DNA of 63,988 bases from Candidatus Atribacteria bacterium. GTDB taxonomy: Bacteria; Atribacterota; Phoenicimicrobiia; Phoenicimicrobiales; Stramentimicrobiaceae. Position numbers and translations under genes: made by a program. The notes below the pieces were generated by a model, which saw only the letters and a list, made by a program, of their open reading frames with translations, had not been told where the DNA came from and did no database searches. Where the stretch lies: positions 1 to 63,988 of the forward strand of contig JAKQEP010000029.1 in assembly GCA_029556475.1 (NCBI GenBank). The letters are read 5' to 3'. Positions 9,455 to 19,682 of the stretch are shown piece after piece (position 1 is the stretch's first letter; every line of letters begins with the position of its first letter).

Positions 9455-10477
9455 CTATTTTATCCTATTAACTTTATCAGTTGTTTTTCTAAGAATCAAT
9501 TTTGGCGTTAATTTAATTTGAATTTTTTTTGATTCTTCTTTTTTCCCCATTATTTTTTTAACTAACAATTCTGCCGCTAAGTTTGCCATTTTTTTCTTTG
9601 CTATAGATATAGTGGTGAGTTGAATACGAGCATGGGAAGCCAAATTTATATTATCATATCCGATTAAAGAAATATCTTTGGGTACAGAAAATCCATGTTG
9701 CAATATGCAGTCTAGAGCAGAAATTGCCATTAAATCATTGGCTGCGATAATTGCTGTTGGAGGGTTTGTGCTATTAAGCAATTTTTTTGTTGCAAGCCAT
9801 GATTTTTTTTCTGAGAAACCGCCATCCTGAATAAAACTACCGTCATTGTTTATTTTAAATGAATTTCTTGATTCAATAAAACCTTTTAGGCGATTAAACC
9901 CAGTAGAAAATGAAGTTGGACCAGAAATATAAGCGATATCTTTGTGACCTAAATCAACTAAATGCTTTACTGCAATTTTTATTCCCTCAATATCATCGCT
10001 TATAACAAAATTTGAATTTTTATTAGTGAGGTGTCTATGATATGTAATAAAAGGAAATCCTTGTTCAACAAATTTTTTTATGTTTTTATCATTAGTTTTA
10101 ACCGAACCAAAGATAATGCCATCAACTTGTCTTTGTAACAATATATCCATATATTTATTTTGTAGATCAGATTGATTGTTAGTATTGCATATTATTAGTG
10201 AATATCCAAGTTTTCTAAGTGTTTCTTCTATAATTTTTGATGTTTCTGAATAAAAAGGATTTACTATATCAGGTATTATTAATCCAATAGTAAAAGTTTT
10301 CTTTGTTATAAGGCTTCTAGCAATATTGTCAGGAATATATCCGAATTCTTTAATAACCTTTAATATTCTATCTCTTGTTTCTTTTTTAACATGTTTATTC
10401 TTATTAATGACTCTAGATACAGTTGATTTAGAAACCCCTGCAATGTTAGCAATATCGACAATTGTTATTTTTATCAT
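9455..10477 (-). CDS. LacI-family transcriptional regulator
   Basis: N-terminal HTH TIVDIANIAGVSKSTVSRVIN, followed by a periplasmic-binding-protein-like sugar-binding core. Confidence 0.9.
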   Translation of the reverse strand: MIKITIVDIANIAGVSKSTVSRVINKNKHVKKETRDRILKVIKEFGYIPDNIARSLITKKTFTIGLIIPDIVNPFYSETSKIIEETLRKLGYSLIICNTNNQSDLQNKYMDILLQRQVDGIIFGSVKTNDKNIKKFVEQGFPFITYHRHLTNKNSNFVISDDIEGIKIAVKHLVDLGHKDIAYISGPTSFSTGFNRLKGFIESRNSFKINNDGSFIQDGGFSEKKSWLATKKLLNSTNPPTAIIAANDLMAISALDCILQHGFSVPKDISLIGYDNINLASHARIQLTTISIAKKKMANLAAELLVKKIMGKKEESKKIQIKLTPKLILRKTTDKVNRIK

Positions 10478-11018
10478 TTTGAATCCTTAGAAGCACTTTA
10501 TTTATATATAATAGTGTATGTTGTCTTAAATTTCAAGAAAATGAATAACCTCCACAAAATGGAATGTTAATTAAAAGCTGTTTCTATATTTGGCTGGAGA
10601 GTTTTTGAAAAAACATAAAACAGTACTAGTTAGCAGTAAATCTAATACCATAGACTCAGTTTATCCTAAGTAGTCCAAGCTTACCATGATGGAGCCTTAA
10701 TCTAAAGGTGAATATCTTCAAAGTAAATATTCACGAATATCAATACACGTTTATCCCTATTTTCCAACATCTATTGTCAAATTTAAGATGTTAAGAATGA
10801 TGAGCAATGGCAATAAATGAAATTTTATAGGATTCCCTAAACAATCATCTTTTTTGAGGATTTGACATTCCTCCAAAATTTACTTAATGATTAATAATAT
10901 AAAATTAAGTTAACAAGAGCTATTTGTATAAAAAATAATAAATAATAGATGTATAAACATCATTGTATAAAAACAAATTAATTTTGCAAAAACATCATTC
11001 TACAGAACCAGGATTATA

Positions 11019-11780
11019 CTAATTAGCTGTCCAACCTCCATCTATTGTGAGCATTGAACCAGTAATATGAGAAGCTGCATCAGAACATAAAAATTTTGCT
11101 ATTTCTGCAATATGTGATGGTTCAATTAACTTTTTAATTGCTGAATTCTTTAACATTATATCCCTAATGACATCATCTTTTGAAATACCATGATTTTTTG
11201 CTTGTTCATCAATCTGATTCTCGACTAAAGGAGTTTTAACATATGCAGGACATATTGAATTAACGGTTATACCATATTCTCCCCCCTCTAAAGCAGCAGC
11301 TTTTGTTAGTCCTCCTAAACCGTGTTTAGCAGCAACATAGGCAGATTTATATTTGGAAGCTATTAATCCTTGTATTGAATTTAAATTTATAATTCTACCC
11401 CATTTTTGTTTTTTCATTGATGGCCAGACATATTTTGTTAATAAAAAAGGGGCTGTCAACATTAAAGATATCATTAAATCCCACCGGTCTTCTGAGAATT
11501 CCTCAATTGGTGCAATAGATTGCATGCCAGCAATATTAAGAAGAATATCAATTTTCTTAAATTTATTTATAGAAAAATCAACTAAATCCTTACACTGTTC
11601 TCTCTGGGTTAAATCTGCTAGGAAAAATATGGCATTCAGTTTGTCCGCTTCAATTTTTAATTGCTCCTCATTAATATCACACATAACTATTTTTGCACCA
11701 TCTTTAACAAAATATTTTGAAATAATTAACCCAATACCGCTTGCAGCACCTGTTACAATACATGTTTTATTTTTTAACAT
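11019..11780 (-). CDS. SDR oxidoreductase, 3-hydroxybutyrate dehydrogenase-like
   Basis: TGAASGIG cofactor motif, YVAAK catalytic YxxxK, and a C-terminus DGGWTAN typical of the BdhA group. Confidence 0.8.
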   Translation of the reverse strand: MLKNKTCIVTGAASGIGLIISKYFVKDGAKIVMCDINEEQLKIEADKLNAIFFLADLTQREQCKDLVDFSINKFKKIDILLNIAGMQSIAPIEEFSEDRWDLMISLMLTAPFLLTKYVWPSMKKQKWGRIINLNSIQGLIASKYKSAYVAAKHGLGGLTKAAALEGGEYGITVNSICPAYVKTPLVENQIDEQAKNHGISKDDVIRDIMLKNSAIKKLIEPSHIAEIAKFLCSDAASHITGSMLTIDGGWTAN

Positions 11781-13426
11781 TTATTTTATCTCTCCTTATT
11801 ATTACTTCATTATCATTTTATGTTGAGGACAGATGATTAACATAACAATCATCCACCTTATTGTAAACCATAGATACTATTCTGTACATAATGGATAACA
11901 AAAATTCTTATTGAACTTAGGCCATTCGAAAACTAAAAAGATTAAGCTTACCCACTAATCCCTTGCTGATGTATTTAGATAATAACCAAGAAAATACTAT
12001 TAAATTTTTCTGGTATTATTAATATATAAATATTTACTATCAGGTATGTTTAATTTTTATTACTTTCAAGATGTATTTGCACATCACAATTCTTTACTAT
12101 TTTATATACATCGAATAATTTTAAACCAGGTTCAAGTATAACAAATTTGTTCTAATTAATTAAAATTTTAAGGTAAATAATCTTACCTTAATACTTGACT
12201 TGAGATATCAAGAACATATTATTTTATTTATTAATTTTAGTTATACCAGATAGACCTTCCATGCCAGAAGAATTATTGTTTTTTACTATTACCCTATTTA
12301 CTTCCAATCATTAGAATTAGCCTCTTTTAACTATTATTTTATTCTAACTCGAAGCCCTAATTTTATTAAAGGAAAGCAGTTAATTTGCTAGGATATTCAA
12401 AGTTTTTATAACTAACTTTATTTATTTTTAGATAGAATGAAGAACGCTCATTCAATAAAAATTTTAAAGTAATTATAATATATTTGAATTTAAAATATAA
12501 AATATGTAATGTAATATAATGCTCCTATAAAAAATTTATATACAAATACTGACCCTTTTCTCAAAGAATAAGAAAATAAATCAGATTAATATGTAATAAT
12601 AAGGTTTACAGTTCTGAAAACGCAATTAACACTCTACCAAAGAAAAAAAAGTTTTGGAATTAAAACAGAAATCAATCACAAGAATTTAAAACAACAAGGT
12701 AGCCTTCGTATCATAAGTAGTAATTACGAGAGAGCGGTACAGTTGGTAAAAAGTAGAAATATTAAAGTCTAAAATGGCAATTCAAGTAATTATCCGATAC
12801 CTCTTGAATGGTAGATATCAGCTATATCTACAACCGAATTCTTCAACTATAGAGTTACTGATTCATTTTAATAGAGGTAGTACGTATGAATTTGAACTTT
12901 ATCAACTACCCTTATTAAAAAACATTATGCCATCATTCTATGAATGGTAAAGAAACTGTTACTTACAATACCAAATTGATAGGAAATCAAAAAAGAGAGC
13001 AAAAGGTATATTTTTAAAATATGAAAATATTTTACAACAGGTAAGTGTTACATTTCTCTTTAGGTTGATATACTCAGTAGAGTTGAAGAGTTGGTGTTTT
13101 AAAAAAATTTAAATTATATTTGGAGTAGGTATTCTTAGGAAGAAAATAGTAACTTTTTGCCTCTATGATTAAGGTCGTTATCTAAGTAATTGTAAATGAA
13201 CTGATAATTCTGCTAATATTAAAAGCTGATTGGGTTATCAAAGATTAAGTTATATTTTATAAAGTAGTACAATGTTCTTGTTTTTATATGAATACCAGAG
13301 TAAACTATACTTGTAAACGACTAAATGCTCATCTTTGGCTATATTTCTCGTTCTCTGTTAAAATATCAATTAAAAAATAATAATTAATTTAAAGATAAAT
13401 TATGCAATTAATAGGAGGTAGAATAA

Positions 13427-14176
13427 ATGAGATTAAAAAATTGTAATGCAATTATAACAGGGGCTACTGGTGGTTTTGGCAGAATGATTACACAAACTTT
13501 TTTTCGTGAAGGAACAGATAAGATCGCTTTAATAGATATAAATGGAAAAGCTCTTGGGGAATTTTCAAAAGAGTTGAAAGAAAAAGGATTTAATGCTATT
13601 CCTTATAAAGTAGATGTTTCCGACGAACATGAAGTGGAAGAAATATTGTATCAGATATTGGATAGTTTTAAGAAAATTGATATTTTAGTAAATAACGCTG
13701 GAATAACCCAGTCATTACCAATTCAAGATGTACCAGTAGAAGATTGGGAAAGAACGATAAATGTCAATCTAAAGAGTGCTTTTCTTTTTTGTAAATATAT
13801 TATAACGAATATGATAGAGAATAAATATGGAAAAATAATTAATATTTCTTCTATATCAGGACAAACAGGCAGGCCTACTTCAGTTCAATATTCAACTTCC
13901 AAAGCTGGAATTATTGGTTTAACAAGAAATTTGGCTTTTCAGGTAGCCAAATATGGAATTAATGTGAATGCAGTTGCTCCCGGGCCAATTGTTACACCAA
14001 TGTTAGAAAAAAGTTTTACTAAAGAAATTTCTGAAAGTCTCAAAGCTACTATTCCATTTATCAGGCAAGGAACTGCGCAAGATATTGCAAACGCTGTGTT
14101 GTTTCTTTCATCAGAAGAAGCTAGTTGGATTACTGGACAGGTTTTATCCGTTAATGGCGGAGCATTTATGGGTTGA
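13427..14176 (+). CDS. SDR oxidoreductase, FabG-like
   Basis: Motifs TGATGGFG, NNAG and YSTSK, with a C-terminus VNGGAFMG. A strong SD (AGGAGG) lies upstream. Confidence 0.85.
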   Translation: MRLKNCNAIITGATGGFGRMITQTFFREGTDKIALIDINGKALGEFSKELKEKGFNAIPYKVDVSDEHEVEEILYQILDSFKKIDILVNNAGITQSLPIQDVPVEDWERTINVNLKSAFLFCKYIITNMIENKYGKIINISSISGQTGRPTSVQYSTSKAGIIGLTRNLAFQVAKYGINVNAVAPGPIVTPMLEKSFTKEISESLKATIPFIRQGTAQDIANAVLFLSSEEASWITGQVLSVNGGAFMG

Positions 14177-14238
14177 AGCAATTAAAAGAATAAATGAATA
14201 CCATCATTTTAAGTTTTGATAAAATTGAAGGGGGTTCT

Positions 14239-15081
14239 ATGAAGCACTACTCAAAAAAATTGATTGCAAGGCTAAATGATAATGCTAATCAACTTAGGAT
14301 AGATGCCTTGCGGATGATTTATGAAAGAGGGGCTGGTCACCCTGGTGGTTGCCTGTCTTGTTCGGAAATCATTAGTGCATTGTATTTTCACTATCTTAAA
14401 ATTGATCCCCAGAGGCCTCACTGGGAAGATAGAGACCGTTTTATTCTGAGTAAAGGCCATGCTTCTGCTATATTGTATGCTGCTTTAGCACGAAGAGGTT
14501 TTTTTGATATAAAAGAATTACAAACATGGGGTCATCCTAATAGTAGATTGCAGGGACACCCTGATAGATTAAGGACTCCGGGCATTGAAATGACTACTGG
14601 TACTTTGGGGCAGGGACTTTCTATTGCCAGTGGTATAGGGCTAGCGGCGAGATTACTACAACAAAAATGGCGAATTTACATTCTCATGGGTGATGGAGAA
14701 TGCCAAAGTGGAATTGTATGGGAAGGAGCGATGATGGCTTCAAAATACTGCCTATCAAATATTACAGCTATTATTGACTATAATGATGTTCAATTGGATG
14801 GTTTCTGTCATGAGATTATGCCACTAGAACCATTTATTAAAAAGTGGCAATCGTTCAATTTCGAAGTGGTTGAAATTGATGGTCATAGTGTCAAAGAAAT
14901 TCTTCAAGCTCTTGACGTGACAAAAGAAATACATGATAGACCTAGTGTAATTATAGCTCATACTATCAAAGGAAAAGGAGTATCTTTTATGGAGAATGAA
15001 GCTAAATGGCATGGCCTAGCACCTGATGATGAACAATACAGGCAAGCCATTACAGAACTAAAAGGAGAAAAGAATGGATAG
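14239..15081 (+). CDS. Transketolase, N-terminal (TPP-binding) subunit, copy 1
   Basis: Motifs GHPGG, SKGH and GDGE...N for TPP and metal binding. The start is set at ATG 14239, which lies behind GAAGGGGG, rather than at the ORF-track start 14194. Confidence 0.85.
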   Translation: MKHYSKKLIARLNDNANQLRIDALRMIYERGAGHPGGCLSCSEIISALYFHYLKIDPQRPHWEDRDRFILSKGHASAILYAALARRGFFDIKELQTWGHPNSRLQGHPDRLRTPGIEMTTGTLGQGLSIASGIGLAARLLQQKWRIYILMGDGECQSGIVWEGAMMASKYCLSNITAIIDYNDVQLDGFCHEIMPLEPFIKKWQSFNFEVVEIDGHSVKEILQALDVTKEIHDRPSVIIAHTIKGKGVSFMENEAKWHGLAPDDEQYRQAITELKGEKNG

Positions 15082-16024
15082 AATAATATCTATGCGGCAT
15101 TCATACGGAGAAGCCCTATTGGATTGCGGTATTAAGAATAAAAAGATAGTAGTTGTTGTAGCCGACGTCTCCTCATCTGTAAAGACTGATTTTTTTGAAA
15201 AAAGATTTCCAGAAAGATTTTTCAATGTGGGAATTGCTGAACAATGTTTAGTTAATGTTGGAGCGGGACTTTCGTTAGAAGGATTTATTCCTTTTGTAAA
15301 TACTTTTGCAGGATTATTGTTACGTTCTTTTGAGCAAATAAGAACATGTGTGGGATATGCCGAAACCAATGTTAAGTTGGTAGGCGGGTATGCTGGAATA
15401 TCAGATTATAAAGATGGGGCAACTCATTATTCAATATGTGATATAGCTGTAATGCGCTCCATACCAAATATAACAGTGGTCGTACCAGCAGATGCAACTG
15501 AAACCAAAAAACTAGTATGTGAAATTGTAAAATGGTCTGGTCCAGTATATCTAAGAATTAGCAGAGCTGAAACTCCAGTAATATTTGGTGATAACCATAA
15601 AGTTGTTGTTGGTAAAGGCCAAATTATTAGAGAAGGTGACGATCTTACGATTATAGCAGTAGGTGTGATGGTAGGAAGAAGTCTACTAGCGGCAAATATT
15701 TTAGAACAAGAAGGGGTTAAAGCTAGAGTTATTAATATGCCCACTATTAAACCCTTTGACAAATATTTAATTATTGAAACTGCTCAAAAAACAGGTGCCA
15801 TTGTAACAGCAGAAGAGCATTCCGTTATAGGTGGATTAGGTTCAGCTGTTTCTGAATGTTTAAGTCAGTCATATCCTGTTCCCATAGAATTTATTGGAAT
15901 AAAAGACTTGTTTGTTGAAACTGGGACTAGTCATGAATACTTGTTAGACCATTTTGGACTATCTGTAAATGATATTATTGAAGCTGCAAAGAAAGTAATA
16001 AAAAGAAAAGGAAATATTAAATAA
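15074..16024 (+). CDS. Transketolase, C-terminal (pyrimidine-binding) subunit, copy 1
   Basis: Motifs FNVGIAEQ and DGATH. An 8-nt overlap with the N-subunit gene suggests translational coupling. Confidence 0.85.
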   Translation: MDRIISMRHSYGEALLDCGIKNKKIVVVVADVSSSVKTDFFEKRFPERFFNVGIAEQCLVNVGAGLSLEGFIPFVNTFAGLLLRSFEQIRTCVGYAETNVKLVGGYAGISDYKDGATHYSICDIAVMRSIPNITVVVPADATETKKLVCEIVKWSGPVYLRISRAETPVIFGDNHKVVVGKGQIIREGDDLTIIAVGVMVGRSLLAANILEQEGVKARVINMPTIKPFDKYLIIETAQKTGAIVTAEEHSVIGGLGSAVSECLSQSYPVPIEFIGIKDLFVETGTSHEYLLDHFGLSVNDIIEAAKKVIKRKGNIK

Positions 16025-17048
16025 TGGAACGGTCACATGGATAATTTAATTTAAATATTTGTAAAAAAATTAAAGAAAGAGTATTTTATTTGAAATAGAT
16101 TTAAGCAGTAAAAAGATTGATATTTGATTAAACTTTAATGAAAGATATATTAACGACAAAGATATCTTTATTTAATAATAATATAAAATTAATATTAAAA
16201 TAGAATTACTATATAACATATGCCCCAATATTTCCCTCTTTTCTTCCCAGGTTTTTGAACTGAATATTAATTCCTATTATTTATAAAATATCCATCTTGG
16301 ACAATTTCTCCTGACTGGAAACTAGAATGGATTGAAATTTGAAGGTTATTGAAAAAATGGATTAAAGAAGATTTGCAGGAATAATTATTAAAGATAATAT
16401 TTATAAATTTATTTTTCTATTTTAATTAAAATGGAGTTACTTTTAGCGATAATTCAAAATTATAGAGTCTGGATATTTTAATACTCCTTTTTAAGATTTA
16501 AGAGAACATATTTTTGGTTAGTGTTTTCTCTTTATTTTTACCATATTTCTGGTAATATTCACCAGGAGCACGGCATCCAATACTGAATGGCAATAGTCTT
16601 GGGTATTTGTCAATCTACATATCTGCAGAAGTTCTTCTAGTGTTATAGTTATAACAGCCTTTTGTTAAAGAATCTTTTTGATGTTAACTGGCTGCCAAAG
16701 CTCAGTTTGATACCTTGCACATGTTATGTATTGTAGAGGGAAGTACTGTTGACTAGCAATCGTTAATCTAGATTAAAAAGGATATTTTTCTCAATCTTTT
16801 CTTTACCCCTTCCAAAAAATATTTAGTACCACCTTCTTTCTTAATTTTTAGTAACAATAATACTATTTTAGAGTATTTTATTTTTTCTCTACAATAAATA
16901 TTTTTTCTAATCTATCTGTAAAAAAGATCTTTTTTCCAAATTCAATATGGTTAACTAGCTTATAACTAAACTAATTTGGACTACCTTTTATCTGAATTTT
17001 AGTAATCAACGATTATTGAATACTTTTTTGACAAGGATATTTGGGATG

Positions 17049-17099
17049 TTGACAAAAAGCGAATTATTTGTTATTCTCCCAAGTATGGGAACGTTTTCT
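17049..17099 (+). promoter_or_regulatory. Candidate promoter (TTGACA-17-TATTCT) followed by a LacI/CcpA-like half-palindrome TGGGAACGTTTTCT
   Basis: The -35 is TTGACA (17049-17054), the spacer is 17 nt, and the -10 is TATTCT (17072-17077). A palindromic AACGTT core site sits at 17086-17099. This lies about 770 nt upstream of the second tkt pair. Confidence 0.25.
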
Positions 17100-17856
17100 G
17101 TCTCTAAATACTACATGTTTTAAATTAATTCTAACTTTGTTATCTTTAATAAGATGTTATAGTTATAAGTTTTTACAAGAACAATAGAATGTTGTAATAA
17201 ACAGCTTTAAATAAAGTAAATTTCTACTAATAACTTAGAATTTGTATTTAATAACATACACTAACAATAAATAATGCTGATTCCTTTCTTTCGAATTGTG
17301 GAAATAATGATGATTCACTAATATAGTTCATCTTGTAACTTGTCTGACGGTTTAGATATGTTTAAAAGCACTTCAATACATAGATTAGTAATCTTATAAG
17401 AACATATTGTTGAATCTTTCTATTATTATATTATTCCTATATATCTGGGCTTAATCTTTTATAATTTAATATCATGAAAAATAGAAATGGCTAATAGTCA
17501 TATTTGCATTTTCCCTTTGTGATAAATTTGTTGTTCTTATCAATAAAGATTGACCTAAAGAATGCCAATTCCTATAATCTTAGTTTTTTGGATTTACAAA
17601 GTCAATGGCGCTGCCATTTTCTTGTTGGCACATACATTGGCAAAGCTGAAATTATTACAGATAGAAAATCCAGACCACTTTCAGATTTAATACAAGCCTT
17701 TGATTGTGCCTACATAAATAATGTCCTGAATAATTTTTTAAATATTAAGATTTAACCTTATTTAAATTTAGACATTAACATCACGGTTTTACTAATTGTT
17801 TAGAAATTGAAAAAATGGTTTAAACTATATTAAGGACGGTGAATTAATAATAAACA

Positions 17857-18693
17857 ATGAGTACAATTAAAGAATTAGAAAAAAAGGCAAGAATTATTCG
17901 TCTTGGTATCTTAGAGGCAATTGGAGAAGGACAAAAGAGTCATATAGGCGGTTCTATGTCTTCAGCAGATTTGGTCACTGCTCTATATTTTCACAAAATG
18001 AGGCATACTCATGAAAACCCCAAAGACCCTAAACGGGATCGACTTATATTTAGTAAAGGCCATGCAGTATTAGCCCAGTATGCTGCTTTGGCTGAATGTG
18101 GCTATTTTCCTAAAGAAGAGTTAAAAAAAACTAAGACATTAGGCTCTTTATTGCAAGGTCACCCTGAGATACGAACTCCAGGTATTGAGGCAAATACAGG
18201 TTCACTAGGCCAAGGTTTATCAATTGGTCTAGGGATGGCCTTAGGAGCTAAATTAGATCATAAGAGCTATAAAGTTTATGTAATTTTGGGGGATGGAGAG
18301 TTGGCAGAAGGACAAATATGGGAAGCAGCAAATACAGCTAGCTTTTATAAAGTAGATAATTTAATAGCTATTGTAGATTATAACAAGCTACAAGCGGTAG
18401 GTTTTTTAAAAAAGAGATATGATTTAGGAGATATAAGAGGTAAATTTAACATTTTTGGCTGGAAAACATTCGAAATTGATGGTCATAATATGGAAGAAAT
18501 TGTTAATACACTGGACGAAATAGATAGTATTAAAGGTTTGCCTTCTGCTATAATCGCTCACACAATAAAAGGCAAAGGTATTTCTTTTGCTGAGAATAAT
18601 CCTATTTTTCATAATGCACCTCTTTCCAGGGAACAAATTGAGAAAGCAAAAAAAGAGATTCAAGGAGAAACAATCTTGGAGGTGAAAAATTGA
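17857..18693 (+). CDS. Transketolase, N-terminal subunit, copy 2
   Basis: Motifs SKGH and GDGE, with a GQGLS block. It is clearly divergent from copy 1 in a by-eye alignment. Confidence 0.85.
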   Translation: MSTIKELEKKARIIRLGILEAIGEGQKSHIGGSMSSADLVTALYFHKMRHTHENPKDPKRDRLIFSKGHAVLAQYAALAECGYFPKEELKKTKTLGSLLQGHPEIRTPGIEANTGSLGQGLSIGLGMALGAKLDHKSYKVYVILGDGELAEGQIWEAANTASFYKVDNLIAIVDYNKLQAVGFLKKRYDLGDIRGKFNIFGWKTFEIDGHNMEEIVNTLDEIDSIKGLPSAIIAHTIKGKGISFAENNPIFHNAPLSREQIEKAKKEIQGETILEVKN

Positions 18694-19628
18694 TGAATAA
18701 TCAAGAGAATTTAAGGCAAGCCTACGGTAAGGAATTATTGAAATGGGCAAAAAAAGATGAGCGTATCATTGCCTTAGATGCAGATTTATGTGGTTCCACA
18801 CAAACAGTATTCATTGAGAAAGAAATTCCCCAAAGATTTTTTGAAATGGGCATTGCCGAACAAAATATGACTTCAGTTGCGGCAGGATTAGCCCTGGTGG
18901 GTAAGATACCTTTTGTAAATTCTTTTGCAGTATTTTCTGTTGGGCAGGCTTATAATCAGATCAGACAAGGAATTGCTCTTCCAAGATTGAATGTAAAAAT
19001 TGTTGGTTCCAGCTGCGGATTATCTGATTTTGGAGACGGTGCAACTCATCAATCTATTGAGGATATTTCAATTATGCGGGCTATTCCAAATATGACAATC
19101 ATTGTACCAGTAGATGCTATTGAAACTAGAAAGGTAGTGGGAGAAGTGATTAAATATAAAGGGCCAGTATATATTAGAATCAATAGAAATGATTTACCAA
19201 ACGTTACTAAAGAATCTGATCAATTTAAAATTGGAAAAATGCAAAAGATCACTGAGGGTAAGGATGTAGTTATTTTTGCTTGTGGACTAATGGTATCCCA
19301 GTCTCTAAAAGCAAGAGAAATTTTATTGCCTCAAGGAATTTCTTTAAGAATTATTAATGTTAGTACAATAAAGCCTTTAAATAAAGAGGAAGTTATAAAA
19401 TTCTCGAGAGATATTAAAAAAGTGATTACAGCTGAAGAAAATAATGTAATTGGTGGTTTAGGAGGGGCTATCTGTGAAGCTTTAGAAGATCAAGAGATGA
19501 AAATTACAAGGATAGGAATTAATGATGAATTTGGTCAATCAGCCAGTTGTTATGAAGATTTAATTAAATACTACCATCTTACTCCAGAGGATATTATTAC
19601 AAAGGTCAAGAATTTAATTAACCAATAA
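18690..19628 (+). CDS. Transketolase, C-terminal subunit, copy 2
   Basis: Motifs FEMGIAEQ and DGATH. It overlaps the N-subunit gene by 4 nt. Confidence 0.85.
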   Translation: MMNNQENLRQAYGKELLKWAKKDERIIALDADLCGSTQTVFIEKEIPQRFFEMGIAEQNMTSVAAGLALVGKIPFVNSFAVFSVGQAYNQIRQGIALPRLNVKIVGSSCGLSDFGDGATHQSIEDISIMRAIPNMTIIVPVDAIETRKVVGEVIKYKGPVYIRINRNDLPNVTKESDQFKIGKMQKITEGKDVVIFACGLMVSQSLKAREILLPQGISLRIINVSTIKPLNKEEVIKFSRDIKKVITAEENNVIGGLGGAICEALEDQEMKITRIGINDEFGQSASCYEDLIKYYHLTPEDIITKVKNLINQ

Positions 19629-19682
19629 GTTATTTTTAAAAAATATGAAGAGAAAGATTAAAAATGGGGAGGCATACAATAA

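Noticed and set aside
11353-11826. 157-aa plus-strand ORF overlapping the 3-hydroxybutyrate-dehydrogenase-like SDR gene
   Set aside because: It lies antisense to a gene with clear SDR motifs, has no recognisable motifs of its own, and has a skewed low-complexity composition. This is a typical shadow ORF in AT-rich DNA.
12440-12560. Possible CRISPR or tandem-repeat array in low-complexity AT-rich sequence (repeated AATATA/TAATGTAAT strings)
   Set aside because: There is no regularly spaced repeat unit of 20 nt or more and no cas genes. It is only simple-sequence redundancy.
12774-12950. 58-aa ATG-initiated ORF in the 1.6-kb spacer
   Set aside because: It has no SD, no recognisable motif and no hydrophobic or signal features. 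It is indistinguishable from a chance ORF.
13041-13063. GTAAGT...TTTCTCTTTAG string resembling a eukaryotic intron
   Set aside because: Everything around it is operonic bacterial sequence with SD sites and riboswitches. This is a chance match in AT-rich DNA.
16480-16770. Possible decayed transposase on the minus strand of the second spacer
   Set aside because: Reverse-strand translation gives only short stop-interrupted peptides (e.g. QYITCARYQTELWQPVNIKKIL) that I cannot match to any transposase family. No terminal inverted repeats or target duplications were found.
17504-17755. 83-aa ORF, the only listed ORF in the 1.8-kb spacer
   Set aside because: It has a TTG start, no SD and no recognisable motif, and it sits in very AT-rich DNA. 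It cannot be supported as a gene. It is kept only as part of the spacer finding.
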